A DNA stretch of 64,000 bases, taken from contig JBLDXI010000029.1 in NCBI GenBank assembly GCA_047495785.1, forward strand, positions 1,116,001 to 1,180,000. The letters are read 5' to 3'. The position numbers were made by a program, and so were the translations under genes. Source of the DNA: Lepidodermella squamata (Eukaryota; Animalia; Gastrotricha). The notes under the pieces are model-generated. The model was not told the origin of the DNA. It searched no databases and worked only from the letters and a program-made list of their open reading frames with translations. Positions 26,446-40,900 of the stretch are shown piece after piece (the first letter of the stretch is position 1; the number at the start of each line of letters is the position of its first letter).

Positions 26446-26957
26446 AACTTTTTGCTGAAAATCTCATCAAGAGATCGCGTTCGATTTATGATTGCTTTGA
26501 TGTAGATGAGGTCGGACTCAATTCTTAAATATTGCGTTTTGAGGCTCGGGCAAATAAATATGTGCGTTCACGTATACGTCGCATGATTACAGCTATGCGG
26601 AGAGTGTGGTGTTCAGTCAATATGAAAAAAATGCGGCAACTGTGATGGCCATGTCAGACGATGGCTGTGACAGAAATGATCATCACGACGTGACCGGTGA
26701 CTTCATAAATGCCCTCATAAAATGTCCTAAATGCCGCATGAATGTCCACGCATGAATACAGATCGATAGATGCAATGGAACTATATTGCGGTGTTTTCAC
26801 TTGACAAGCATAATTTTTATTCCACAAATTTACTCTTCTAAATATTGCTCCGAACTATTCTTCCGTTTACTTTACTGAGCTGAATGTGCAGTAATGCATG
26901 CAATAGTAATGGCACGTCACCAAACAAGAAGAATAGGAATGCACTGAGATGTGCGCA

Positions 26958-27030
26958 GGTTCTGTGGTGTAGTGGTTTAGCACTCTGGACTTTGAATCCA
27001 GCGACCCGAGTTCGACTCTCGGCAGGACCT
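26958..27030 (+). tRNA. tRNA-Gln(TTG)
   Basis: GGTTCTG/CAGGACC acceptor stem, CTGGA-CTTTGAA-TCCAG anticodon arm, GAGTTCGACTC, T-rich terminator. Confidence 0.95.
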
Positions 27031-27515
27031 AACCTTTTACTTTTTTGTTTTTTATTTTTTTATTTTTTATAATCATTTTTCAAACAAAACGTTGCTGCCG
27101 GGGCAACCGTAGAGCTCCACATGATCGGCGCAGCTCATAAAAGACTAATCCTGCTGTTATTTTTATACTATTTTTCGTTTTCCCTCGTTGAATTAACATT
27201 GGCTCGCATAAATTAGTCTCCGTCAATGTTGCTACCTACAATCGCTCTCTCCTCTTTTTCTCTCTTATGTCATCCGATATCTGGTTCGATGGCATAACGA
27301 ATAAGATTGAAGCATTACACTGTACAGGCGGTAATGAGTCACTGAGATAATACATGAACCTACATATATGTTGCACTCTCTTAATTGCAAAACCTGGCTT
27401 TCTTGAGAGGCCAGTGAATGTTTTTAATGCTAAATTGCATGCTTGTTGATACAGGTGTCTCATAGCCGCTCATAACTAGCAACATAAGCGAGTTAAGCAC
27501 TTGAGTTTATAACAA

Positions 27516-27587
27516 GGTTCCATGGTGTAGCGGTTAGCACTCTGGACTCTGAATCCAGCGACTCGAGTTCGATTCTCGATGGGACCT
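27516..27587 (+). tRNA. tRNA-Gln(CTG)
   Basis: GGTTCCA/TGGGACC acceptor stem, CTGGA-CTCTGAA-TCCAG anticodon arm, GAGTTCGATTCTC, T-run. Confidence 0.95.
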
Positions 27588-27952
27588 TCTGTATTTTTTC
27601 GTTAATCTCTGCCTATCTCATTTTTTTTCGTTGTTACGATCATATGATTTTATTCTTTTATTATTATACAGATAAAGGGCTACACATCAGTTGGTACGAA
27701 AGAAATCTTAGGGCGAAATAATTTGCCAAGAATTAATGTGACTACTTTGGTATCATTTATCTTCTCTTCCCTTTGGCTTCATTTTGACATTTTTCTGACG
27801 CAGATTTTGTGGTTCCTTAAAAGTGGCAAGATAAGATTATTTTATGAGTTGTTAGATAGCACTATATCTCACTACACATGCGTCATTTGCAGCAAATAAA
27901 AACTCAGTGAGCGTGACAGCCGTCATTGAAATAACGCCCCTCATGTACAACG

Positions 27953-28025
27953 GCCTTCCTAGCTCAGTCGGTAGAGCATGTGACTTTTAATCACAGGGTC
28001 GGGGGTTCGAGTCCCCCGGAGGGCG
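27953..28025 (+). tRNA. tRNA-Lys(TTT)
   Basis: GCCTTCC/GGAGGGC acceptor stem, TAGCTCAGTCGGTAGAGC D-arm, TGTGA-CTTTTAA-TCACA anticodon arm, GGTTCGAGTCC, long T-rich terminator. Confidence 0.95.
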
Positions 28026-31000
28026 CAATATTTTTATTTTTATTTTTTATTTTTATTTTTTTTTTCATTACCATACCGGAAAATTGTGGACAGGGTAACT
28101 TCGGTCACTCATTTTAAGATTTTTTTAAGTTTGAACGGCTTTTGGCGTAAAAGTCTCCGCATCATTGGCGGCTTTCGTTTGACAGATGCAGATGTGAACA
28201 AATTTCGAATAGACATAACAAGCAATATTCGACTTCGGATGTCTTTCAGTAGGACCCGATTACTGTCCGAATTTAACCAAACGTTTTAGCTTCCTAAAAA
28301 TGAGAGGAGATCGCCAAATTCTCGATTTTTCCAGGAATCACCCGTGTCAACAAATTTCTGAATTTCTTTAGCAAACCTTCGAAAAATATGAAAATATAAC
28401 ACCCGTTCCGTTATCCTTCTGCCATGATGGCCTTGTCTCCGCGATTTTTCCTGCTTCAACTGCTGCTTGTCTTTCTCAAGTTAATTCAATGAACCAATGC
28501 GATTTTTTTTTACCAAAAACACGGAATATCTTGAAATCGTTTCATCGTTTTTACTTGTATATTTTGTCTGCATAAGTGAGACTATGATGATAGATTCATA
28601 ATTATATAAGAAAATTCAATCACGATACGAAATTTAATATAAAACAATACTACCAAAGTTCGGTCTCATTCGCATTCAGACAGGTAGTCAGTCATTCTTC
28701 CATAGCTTCCATTATAGATACTTTCTCCACCAACAGTTCACATTTATTTATCCGACCATTTTTTCGCACTAATTCTCAAACACTCGAATTTTTGATGGAA
28801 CAGCTGTGTTTTTCCAGGCTCATAAGTCGTCAATCTTTCATTCATAATCGGTATCGATTAATAAATTTCTCAATCAACTGGTATCAGAATTTTATCATCA
28901 CCAGACGTTATATATAAGTGAAGCGTCATCATTTTCCAGAAATTAAAATTGGCCACGTATTTCCTCCAATATTTTTTACACGGGTAATAAAAGCGGCGAG
29001 ATGTTGACACGCGCGCTATCAAAGCGACAAGAAGAAAAAAAGAACAGGAAAAAAAGTAAAGAGAGCGAGCGAGAAGAGTAGTATATAATTACAGCGAGTA
29101 AGCATCCGTCATTCTTTGCTGGTAATTTCTTTTTTTTTCGATCAGTTGTTGGTTTGCAGGCCGTTCAGTTTTTTCCACGAAAGAGTTAGCGAGCAGAAGA
29201 GAGAAAGAAACGCGTTCGTTGTATATAATAAAACATACAAAAGAGAGGTCAAATAAAAGAATAGATATCGTAGACGTGTTATATTACCATCATATTATTA
29301 TTGGAAAATGCCGCGCCACAGGCTAGTTTTCCTGGAGGAGCAAGTTTTACAGCAAAAGTCTACTATCTCAATCAAACTGATATAACACGGCGGAGAAATA
29401 GAACAGAAAAAAACAACAACCGCAAAATTTCGTGTTTTGTTAAGGTGGATTTTTTCATAGTGTAATTATTATCAAATTGCAGATTTGTCGGCGCATCATT
29501 CATCACCGCGCTGTTCATTTTTTATATTATTATTATTTTCAAAGAAGATCAAGATTGAAGATTGAAGAAGGCATAAAAAGCACGTTATATAGCAAGGCAT
29601 AAGTATATTGGGCGACCAGTTTTTGTGTTTAACGAGTTCATCGACCGGGAACCGCCGCGATTCATCATCAATTTATTGCCCATAGTTTCAAGTTTTTTTT
29701 ACGATTATCAACAGCAGTAGCGAATATAACTTCACATATATAAATATATAGATAATATATGTAAGAAGAAGAAGAAGAAGAAGACGACGGTGAAAATGGC
29801 TCGCTTATAACTACTCTTTATCCTCTCGCTTAAACTCGCTCTGGTAAAAATCTCTGCGATATATAATGCTTTTTTTATAAATATATAACGACACAATGAA
29901 AAACTAGAATAGAAGGCAATTGTGTGAAGATCATTACGTTGCGTTATGGCTACTTTTCACTGATGATATGTCACTGATGTGTTGACGTCGGATATCTTTA
30001 CCTGTGTGCCAGGGTGCGGAGTTGACTAAAAACGAGCTAATAATATGTATGTAGTAATAATCATAATTATGAAGCGGCATAATATCGGCTGCGTCGTTGC
30101 GGTAAACGATAAAAAATTCTCTTCTGTCCTCTTTTCAGTAGCGCAATATATTTATTATTTTTTAATATTATTATTATTCATTACTTGAAATAATAACAAA
30201 TATGAGGCGAGTCTGCTGATGTCGTTATTAAGGTTGATGATGTTTTAACAGATGCTTGCTTTTATACATCATTATGATAGAATATATTTATATATAAATA
30301 ATTAGCGATGAAATGATGATGATAGAATATATTCATATATTTATATAGAAATCATTGTTCTTCTTCTTCTTCACGTTTTCAGACGCAGCGGCGGCGACGA
30401 ATTTCTCAGAATTTCTATGTACACTAAAGACGACAACAACCGGAAGTGATTGACTTAGAGAAAAACTTGTTTCGTTTCCGCCTTAGCAACGCGGCCTTAG
30501 CAATCAGTAGTTTTTACCATTCTCAGTTATTTCTCTCCCATATCTCGATTATTCATTCATTCGTATATATAATAGAATTTTCGGTAATATATAATATAGA
30601 ATATTTATATATAGAACGAACAAAAGGCGTCGAGTGATTTTTTTCCAACATCATCAGTCAGCATGAATTTTTCAATCAATAATAACAATAATAAATGCAT
30701 CATTCGATCGCTCGAATTTCTGTAGTTTTGTAGTTGTAGTGGTTTGTTGTGTTGCAGAAGGCATCTCAATAAATTTTGTTTATATTATCATACTACTATA
30801 TCATTGATATTACACGAGAATGACGACGAATGATGAAATGAACGAAGAGAAAAAATGAGAGACAAACATCATGGAGACAAGCACGTCGTGATTAAAATCA
30901 ATTAACTTTTTTATATCCTTCATAAAACAACAACAACAATTTGCAAATGAACAACAAGAATATCAACCGACAACAATGAAATTATAAGTAAAGTAAGAGA

Positions 31001-32011
31001 GAGAAGGAGATAGGCTTGCGATTTCTTTTTCCAAGGGTTCAGTCTCATTTGTAATAAATTGTGAGCAGGTTTAAATACTTCTCATTTGTATTGAATTTTC
31101 ATCTCTGGATTGAATATAGCAAAATAGCCGTTTTGTACCGTGAAAAACGCACAACTACCGATGATGATGATGATGTGTGAAATTAAGATGGAAGATGAAA
31201 AAAGCAGACGTCGTTTTACCTTCGATTGATTGTATTGATGATAGCGGCGATGAAAAATCGAGCAATATAGGAAGGCGCATAGAAAATTATTATTAATTCA
31301 AGTGTCAAGGTTCGGCGGTTAATTAATTATACAGCATCATAAAAATTATAAAGGTAAAACCACAGATGGCGCTTTTTTTATTATTAATCAATAGCTTTCA
31401 CATAGCTCTTGTTGTCATTTCTCTTCATATGATGATGAACGAATGAAAAAAATGAGATGCATTGGGATCATCAAATAGAACAATCGTAAGTGTGATTTTT
31501 AATGAAATAAGATTTAATAAGCAGGAGAGAAAAACGAGAGATAGAGAGAGAGAGAGAGCGTGAGACAAAATAGTAAAAATTCTGCGTGTCTTAACCTCCA
31601 AGGCAGCACGAAAAAAAACCGACATTTATTAGATTTCTCGGGTTTGAACTGATTTTCGCTGATTCGCAATAATGCACTCTTGGCGATCGATCGATTGCTC
31701 AACTAAATAGTAACAATAAATTCTTTCTTTCTCTCAACGGCGTCAACGGGATTTGGCAAGTGTCTTGTCGACCGACTGACAAGCGACACAATGCGCGACG
31801 CGACTACAAAATTACTTATTAATAACCTTGTCTGTGATTGCTGTGAAGAGATACGAAAAAACGCTTATTCATTTACTAGTAGTAGTATCGTGTAGTAGTA
31901 GTAGTAGTAAAAAACTCGCGCGAGAAGCAGAAGAAAAGATGCACAAAAAAGTTTAAGAGAGAGAGAGAGAGAGATGATGTTGATGATGGCGGTTAATTAC
32001 TATCGATTTAG

Positions 32012-34757
32012 TCAGTGCGCGAAGGCGGACAGCTCCTCGACGGCGTTCGAGTCGAACCACTCGGTGGTGGTGGCGACGAGGCCGCTGATGTCGCCCGCCG
32101 ACGAGTCGTCGCCGTCCATCAGCTGCGCGCCGCTGGCGGAGAACAGCGACGACGAGCCGCGCGACGCCGAGTCGTCCGGGAACGAGTCGGGCGGCGTCAG
32201 CGGCATGGCGAACGACGACGACGAGGCCGGCGATGACGACGACGACTTGGCTACGCTTGAGGACAAGGATAAGGAGGATGAGGAGACTGGCTCGCGGGCC
32301 TCGGCTTTTATCAGCTTCGGCGCAGCGGGAAGATCATCAAGATCATCGACGTAAGAAAGCTCTGGTAAAGGTTGTGAAGTCAGTCTAAAAAAAACAAATA
32401 AAAATTTAATAAAAAAATTTAAGGTGGATTTTTTCTTAATGTCCCACTTTACGGCAGATTAAACTAAAAAAATTGCACCTGCCTTATGAATTTTTTTCTC
32501 CACATAAAACGTGGTCTTCATGCTTTTAGAAAAGGACAATACACGGTGAGCAAAAAGCAATAATATTAAAATTAATTTTAAGCTGGAGCTTTTGCATGTC
32601 CCACTTTATGGCACATCAACTTTTGAATTTTTTCCAAGTTTAACGTGGTCTTAATCCTTTGAAAAAAAAATAAGCCATTAATTTATCCCCAGAAACGGAC
32701 AATGCACGACTTGAGAAAAAAACAATTAACAGATTGAGTTGAGCTATTAGTTTTGTTGTTGATATTGAAGCTAACCTGACAGGCCTAGCGGCAGGCTGGC
32801 AGGCAACGGCACGTATTGCCCCGAGTTCGACGGCGTTGAAGTTGTTAGCCGAGTGTTGCTGTTTAACAGCGGTCTGCTGCGGCGGTTTAGCAACGGCACT
32901 GGCACGCACGGGTACGATTTTCACAGTGGTCGGTTCTGGTCTGAGCGTCGACGACGGCAGCACGAGTTTCAACGGGACGAGCTTGGTTGGCACCGCGGTG
33001 TGGTCCTCGGGTGACGGCGACGGCGTGTCGGGCAGCACGAACGCCGGGCTCGCCGCCGCCAGGCGCGACGACTGCTGCTGCAGCGAGGCGAGCGCCGTCG
33101 ACGGAATCAGCGCCAGCGTCGCCGTCGTTCCACCGGCTGTGATTTGGCACGGAAGCAAGTTTATCGACGCCGGCTCGTGTTTAACCGGCGAGCGACGCAA
33201 CGACGACGACGAAGGCGGCGAGGATGACGAAGAACTGACTGAAATCGCCGGCCGTTTCGCCGCCTGTTGATGGAAAACCGCACCGCCGCTCGTGTGCAAT
33301 TTCACGACGGTCGGCATCGACGTCGAACCGGCGCCGTGAGCCGATGGCGCCGCCAGCGTGATGCGCAGCGTTGTAACTTGTTGCGGTGCTAAACGCATGA
33401 AATGAAAAACACCACCTTAATACACACATTTAACATGTTCGCTCTACGCAAGCAATAAAAGCGTTCCAATCAGCAACGCATTAGTAATAATAATAAGCGC
33501 AATAAAAACAGCAATGCGGTTTGCTTTCTACGCGCAATAATAAATGAGGTCAATTACCAGTTGAGAGGCCTGAGAGGTCGACGAATCGAGTTGCAGCGAG
33601 AACAGGCTCTTGCCGCGCCGTGTTAATGACCAGTTGCTGCGGACGACCCGTAATATTGGCTGTCGACGTCGGCGGCGAGGATGAAGACGACGACGACGAC
33701 GACGAGGTGTTAGTGTTAAGAGGCTTTGAAGACGAAGAGGCTGAGAATTTAGGCGGTGGCGGCGGCGGCGCCAGGAAGGTGCTGTCGGTCCGCGGCCGTT
33801 TCATCGACGCCGTCGACGAGGCACGCGACGACTCGCCCGACGGCGACGCGCACGGCGTCACGACGTATCGCGGCAACTGCGAGTTCGCCTGCGCGTACAT
33901 CGTCGACACCGAGCCGCTGGTCTTGCGTTTACGCGGCTTGTACTTGTAGTCCGGGTACTCGCGCATGTGCAAGTAGTGCAACCGCTCAGCCTCCTCGACG
34001 AACGGGCGCTTCTCTTCGTCGTTCAGCTCTTTCCACCGCCGGCCTAGCTGTTTGCTAATCTCGGCGTTGTGCAGATCCGGCTGAACCTCGGCGATTTTGC
34101 GCCGTTCTAGCTGCGACCACACCATGAACGCGTTCATCGGCCGTTTCACGTGGTCGACGGAGCCAGATTTCTTGCACTGCGTCGCGTCTGTGTACGGCGT
34201 CGACGATTCGGGGTCGACGAGCATCGAGCCGAACACAACGCGCGAATCGTTGCTAGAAGACGCCGTCGACGACGCCGAGTCTGTGCGCAAGCGCGACGAC
34301 GTCGACGAAGTTTCAGACGAAGCGACGGAGCTGCTGGCGATAACAACTGGCGTTGTCGACACCGGCTGCAGTAGGTGCGGCGAGAGTTTGCTTGTTACCG
34401 GCACGGACGACGCAGTGTCGTTCGTGTAATGATGATGTTGATGATGATAATTCGTGGAAGAAGGCAAACCGGATGAAGAAAGTGGCGAAACAGAAGCAGT
34501 AGTTAATGTGCCAGCTATGTCGGAGCTAGTTTCCGAGAAGCCAGTATCTACAATAAAAAAATCCAGCTTAATAATCGTGAAAAAATGATTTGCGAGCGGC
34601 TTAATATTTTTCTAAAAAAGCGACAATTTTCGGGCAATAAAAAATCTGAAAATTTACCGGCTGACTCGGACGACAAGCTGACGGAACAAGTTTCATCGAA
34701 ATCATCGAGCAGCGTTGTGAAACTTAGATCACCAGATGAAGCGGAATACATGTTCAT
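32012..34757 (-). CDS. SoxC: SoxC (Sox4/11/12 group) HMG-box transcription factor
   Basis: Exons 34757-34658, 34547-33558, 33388-32776, 32384-32012 with consistent phases. HMG box [43 protein letters not shown]...[27 protein letters not shown], preceded by the invertebrate SoxC-type motif [11 protein letters not shown]; acidic C-terminus ([11 protein letters not shown]). Confidence 0.93.
32440..32715. repeat. Degenerate tandem dimer in SoxC intron 3
   Basis: TGTCCCACTTTA[CT]GGCA (32440, 32597), AACGTGGTCTT (32508, 32642) and GGACAAT[AG]CACG each occur twice in the same order. Confidence 0.7.
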
Positions 34758-34999
34758 TTGTAGTAGAAAAATTATCGTTTGCTGATTGTGTCTAGATTGT
34801 GTGATCGGCGGCCGTGTTCTATTTTAGGTTGGCACGCCCGTGTTTGTGGATGGATCTCGGAAACAACGCGACGACGACGGCCTCTGGCTGGTAATAGGCC
34901 ACGAGGCCAGATGTTCTTCTTAATATTATAAATATTTTCTATACAGACGAAAGGGAAAATTCATTATTATTATTGTTGTTTCAAGTATCAAATGAGTGT

Positions 35000-37900
35000 G
35001 TTTCTAGGCTACAGAAACGACCGATTTCACATGGGAAATGTCGATTTCGCATTTGACTCGATCACGCGCAGCTATCTAATAACGCGGGGCTCACTCTCTC
35101 AAATAAACACACACGAGCCGCGGCGAACGAACGAACGAACGCAGTTGTCGGTGGGTCGGTCGGCCGTCGGTCGAAATTGCGAGCTAGGCTAAAATAATCA
35201 CGGCGACGAGCGCCGCGCTGTAAACAACACGAGGCGCGGCGTAATGACCTGCGCCCCTGACCACACACGTGTCATGCATAATAGCCTTTCCCACAAGCAT
35301 AACGGCTTAATGTGCTCGAGAGAACGAAAAAAACGACTACGACGGCCTGCTATAATTTCCGATCTCATGTTTTGAGAGAGAGAAAAGCAGTATGTGTGTG
35401 TGAGAGAGAACGAGGCAAAAGCAGCTCGAGTAAAAAACATCTGCCTAGCTGCGCAAATAATACAATTTATTACCTACCACACACGTATAAACGTGGAAAA
35501 AGAAAGGTGCGAAAAATCACGGTCGTGCAAAACCGCAGCGCAAATTATGATTACACGCGCCAACATATGCACATAATTTTGCGAGCAAGAGGCAGAGAAG
35601 CCATGCACCCACGAGTAACACTTTGCAAGCGATCGCTGTTCTAGGTAATTTGAAAAGTGGCGTTTTCGTTCACATGATGCGAAACTTAAAACCGGCGTCG
35701 ACGCCGCCGAGCTGGTCGGGTGGCTGGGTAGCTAGGTTTCTTTTCGCGAGCCTCGCCCCGAACACTCGACCACGTTTCGAGTGCCGTGTGTGTGTTTGAG
35801 CACGGCGAAGTAGAAGACGTCGACCCGTGCAACATAAATAGAGGGGATGAGAGCGGCTCTTGTGTGTCTCTCATATATAATGCACTGCGCTGCATCGCTG
35901 TGAATGGGAATTATCGTGTGACGAGGTCTGTGCGCAGCAAATTTATGGGTACGTAGGTAGGTAGGTAGGTAGGTAGGTAGGTAGGTAGGGGTAAATCCAG
36001 TGTTGCTTTTACAAGCGTATTTACGAATCGAGCGCGCAGCGCACAAAAACACGCCGTTGTCGTCGAACAAAACGAGACAATCGGCGTGTTGTTGCTGCAG
36101 CACGTCGATCATACCCAGCAGTAGTAGTAGTAGTAGTTGGGTCGAAGCGGCGCAAACATGACCCTGCAAAGGTTACAAGCATGCCTAATCAACCTGTCAC
36201 AAAGCGTGCCGGGGGCCGGTGATAAGTGCGATAACAACGCCTGGCAGCTGCCTTAATAATCCGCTAAATTGCCTATAAAACCTCGACATGTGCCAAATAA
36301 ATAATACTGTCGAGAGAAAATGAGAAATTCTCCCACCGAACACACACATTAGAAAAAACGCTAATAAATTTTGAGGCTTTTACTCATGTCACGCTCTCAC
36401 ATCGCATGCTGTTCGTTCGAGTGTAAAACCAGCCAACCGCTCTACCAACACAACAAAAAAGATCAGCAGGCGAAAGGCAAGCCGCAGCTCGAGCAAACGA
36501 TAACGCGACGTGTCAAGGGCATTTTGATATAGTGTGTCGAGATAGAACAAAAAAAGCCACCTTAAAAAACACGAGCCAATCCTTGGCGAGGTGGTAGTAG
36601 TAGTAGATAGGGAATACGCCAGGGCAGTCGCGAGCTTTATCTCGCCGAGGAAAAACGAATAAAAATTCAAATAACGATCTAACGAGCTGCGATGCATTAT
36701 AGGGAGGAAATGATGAACTGACAGACTGTTGCAGCAGCGGCTGTCTACTTCATCATCAACATCGTTCATCATCGCCGTCGTTTATTATTATTATTATTAA
36801 CTGAGTGTGCAGATGCAAAGCCCGGCTCTAAATTAGCTCCTAATGGAGACTTTTCTTTCGCTCGCTAATAAGAGCGCGCGGGCGGGCGGGAGGTTAGTTG
36901 TTGGGGAGGCATGTGTTCGGTGGTAGTAGCAGCATAACATAACCGCAACATAGCCCGGGGAATAATCACGTTAATGTGACAAGTGTAAGCCGCGCGCGAT
37001 TCACCGGGTGTCTATTAGCGGCGGTCGGTTTGTTAGTTACAGAGAGAGAGAGCGGGCTAGGGAGAGAAACCCGACCGACCGACCAACTAATGACCGGGAC
37101 GCGCCTGGGAGTGGGAAACACATGAAAGTGCATACCACCGACACGCTGCACCAACCGCATTTGTCGGCATGCCTAATGTGCATCGGCGTCGGTTTTCCGG
37201 GGCCTTTAACACAGTCAACGCCATTACGCCTTCACGCAAGTATCACGTAATGTCGTCAAGCCCAGCCTAGGTTGATACAGATCTCATGTGCAGATGCGAT
37301 GAAAGTGATAGGTAGGCCGGAAGAACAAGTAGAAGTCAGTCTGCTTTCACTCTAATATTTGCTGCCGGCCGACATTGCATGATCAACGGCCATTTCGACC
37401 GAGGTCGGCTAAAAATAGCTGAAAATAGCGAGAACAACGCGCGGCTACGTGTAATAAAATCGCAAATGGCGCGTCGAAAAAGTGCAGCAGCTAAAATGAT
37501 TTGTTTAGCCTGCCTTCCGTTCGACAAATAAACCTTGCTCGAGAATTGGTCGTGTTATTTTAGCTGTTGATAATAGCGATGATGTTATTGATGCGAATTC
37601 GCATCATCAGCAATTATTATTTCTTATTGCGATTAGTAAAGGGCCAGGCTTGCTCTCAAGCTCACGGCAGGTGACTAGAAAAACACCCGGGGGCCCAGGG
37701 GCAGGCATAACCGAGGCCGGAACGCGGCGTGATGTTATTATCATAATGCGAGCAATAATATTATAACAATAACAGTTTTCTACGCTCACAGTTTATTAAT
37801 CTTATAGAAAAGGTAAAACTCGGCTCGCCGGGAGTCGAGAGAAGGGCGCGCCGGGGCACAGCGTTGTGCGAAGTAACAGGTGAAATAAATAATAATGCAG

Positions 37901-40900
37901 CGCGTAAATGGGCCCTATGCAATACATTGCGTTGCCTCTGCTGCTGCTGCTGCTGCTTTTCTATACTGAAATAAAGCCTATGCAGCGCTATCATCGCCAT
38001 TACAAAACAGATAATATTGATAGAGAATAGAGCGCGCAAATAGAATCATCAACGTCTGGAACAGCGCTGCACTGGGCCTTGCTGCCTCGCGCGTTCGTCT
38101 ACTATTACAAACCCTGGAGGATGGTATTATTATTGAGAAGCAGCAGCAGAAAATAAACCAATGCGCGTATTGCTAGAAGAAGTACCTAGCTGATTCTTTC
38201 ACTATAAAAGCCGAGTTTACTAAATGGGCCGCGGCTAAAGGCAGCAGACAAGAACGGGCGCGGATGCAGCCGCTATAACGAGCTGCTGTTTGATGCGTTT
38301 TTCTCCAGCAGCAGCAGCAGGCCTGGAATTCAGAACGGGCCTCATCATCATCATCATCATCATCAACGCAAAGGCCTCTAATGGTGTAGAAAAAATTTGG
38401 CCAGTAAAATAATAAGCGGGTCAAAGTTTTCCCGATTATTTTTACTGTCGCTGCTCGCGGGAAAATAAATAAAAGTAATGGGCCAGTATTAAAATTTTAC
38501 GATGTCGACGCTGCTGATGATGATGATGATGATGAGAAAACAAAATAACAATTTACGTCCATGCGTTGCTAGCTCTCACTCATTCTCCATTTGCCGACAG
38601 GTGTATTAGGCAGCTGCGAAAGGATTTGTGTGTAAATACGCGATATCTCAAGGTCAGCAGCGGCCAAGATTTTTGCGCTGATGCTACTTGGTCACGGGCG
38701 CGCCTGCGTGTTGTTGCACGGCCGTATGCTGAAGAGCGCCGCGGGGGCAGGTGCGACGGCCTCTCCAACGAACGCTCGTCGACCCTCGACGCAAACTTGA
38801 ACCTGAATCGCTAAGAATTCTAAGGGGCAAACGGGCGCAGTTATTTTGAGACAGCCATTTTCCGTGTCGCGCAATTTAAATAATTAAGGAGGCGTTTTCA
38901 AATTGAAAGTTCCTGACTCGTACAGTAATTTGAGAATCGCAAAAGCTAATAAAAAAATTACGCACACGCACTCTCATCAACCCGCGTAATTAATAAAACG
39001 ACGACCGTGTAATACGCCGGCACATGAATAAATGAACGCGCGGCACCTTTGACCTTTACGTAATGCAATAAAGCGAGACTGCTGCTGCTGCTGCTGATGT
39101 AAAAAAGATCACGCAAACAATATAAAAAGCAAGCGCTGCTGGGACACCTGGTCAGCAGGCCTTGTTGGACGGCGACGCGCGGCTGGTCGTCGTCTTCGCC
39201 GTCGTTGTGCGGTATTCAGTACTCGACGACAGCGGCATTAGGTAAAACATCAACGAACGTACGAAAGCTGCCTTCAATGGATAGCAGCGAGCAGCGAGCA
39301 AGCAAGCATGCACGTTCGCCGTGTTTCTTCGCCGCCTGTCGAGTGCTAATTTTCCCGGCTTGTTCAACGACAGCGACGACGACGGAACCGCTGAAACAAG
39401 CTTTTTATTGCTGTTGCTGCTGCAGAAAAGCTAACAAGCACAAACAAACCACCAGGCAGGCAGGCAACAAGCGCAAATAGGCCACACACGCGCGCGAATT
39501 ATTACTGCTTAGAAATAATAATAAAATGCTGTATAACAAGGGTTTACTGCGGCGACTACTTTACTGCAGCAGAAAGATATGATGTGTGACTTTGAGCAAA
39601 CAATGACAAAATTATTATTATTTATTCACACGAACAACGCCTTCGAACGTTTTACCTCAACGTCGACCTTCCACTGACCACAAACACCAAGCTTAGGGTT
39701 CGCTTCGAGTGCAACCGCATTCAGCTTTTTTTTAGTTTAAATTCAAACCTATTAAAAGAATAAAGTTTTTTCAGAAAATATCGAATGAAAAAATTAGGGA
39801 GATTCATTTAACCCGGAAATTCCGGCCGCGTTCTAGTTTTCGTGGGCAAGAAATTGATAAGAGCGATAATGCTAATAATAATAACAATAATAAGGAAGAA
39901 AATAATAAACAAGGTGCGGCTAAAATGTGAGTAAGTCCGTTGCAGGAGGGCGTCGAAGGTGAAGCACGCGCGCTAGCCTTAACGAAGTGCTTACTCACAG
40001 CATAGCTAAGCAGGCTGCAGCCCGTTCGCTGCAATCGAGAATGCCGAATTAGGCGCGTAATTATGCGCGTCGTCGAGCGATTCGCAAACATCAGTAGAAT
40101 TTTTACAACGCGCAACACGCACTTGCTGGCGGCTAATCGTTCAATACTAACAGGACGACACCTGAGAGCTTGGCTGTTCGATCACTCTTCATTACGCGCA
40201 CTCCCAAGAAGTAGTAGTAGTAGTCGTCGTCGCAAGAGTAGTATATAGGAAAGCAATAATTATTATTACGATCATTATTAAGGCGGGCGAAAAACAAAGC
40301 AGTTTTACACCGCGCCGAGATGTTGGAGATTGATAAGCGCCGTATACACAACAACAACAACAGCCGCAGCGCCGTATGTCGCCGTCGTCGTGTCGTCTAA
40401 TCAGTCATGCCGAGTGGCTGTTTGGCGCAGAAAAATTGGTGTACATGGGCCACGCGCCACATATGTCGCTGCTGGCATGTCGATATGACATGATTGCGAT
40501 GATGACACGACGACGACGACGATGGCGTAATGTGTAAAGTGAGAGCCATTTAAAGCCCGAAAAACGGCGAGCCAATCGAACGCTGCTGCTGCTGCTGGGT
40601 TCAACTTGCAATATAAATAAACACGCACATTGTGTGTTGAGCAAAGAAGAAGAAGAAGACATACGGCCTCTACTCGCTTTCCTCGGCTTAATAAATAGCA
40701 TTTATTACTATTGTTGTTATTATTACGACGGACGGCTGCAACAAGAAGGGCTTCGTCGAACAACGACGACGGCGAAGACGGCGATGGATGGGGCGACGGC
40801 GCGGCCACGACGGCGAAGGGCCGGCGGAAACGCGATTTTATTACTACCACGCGTAATAATAAAATCGATGTTGAGCCGGCACGAAAATTTGCTGCACTAC

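Noticed and set aside
31974-34429. Plus-strand ORFs over SoxC (and minus-strand ORFs over the trihelix gene)
   Set aside because: Antisense shadows of GC-rich, Ser/Asp-rich coding exons.
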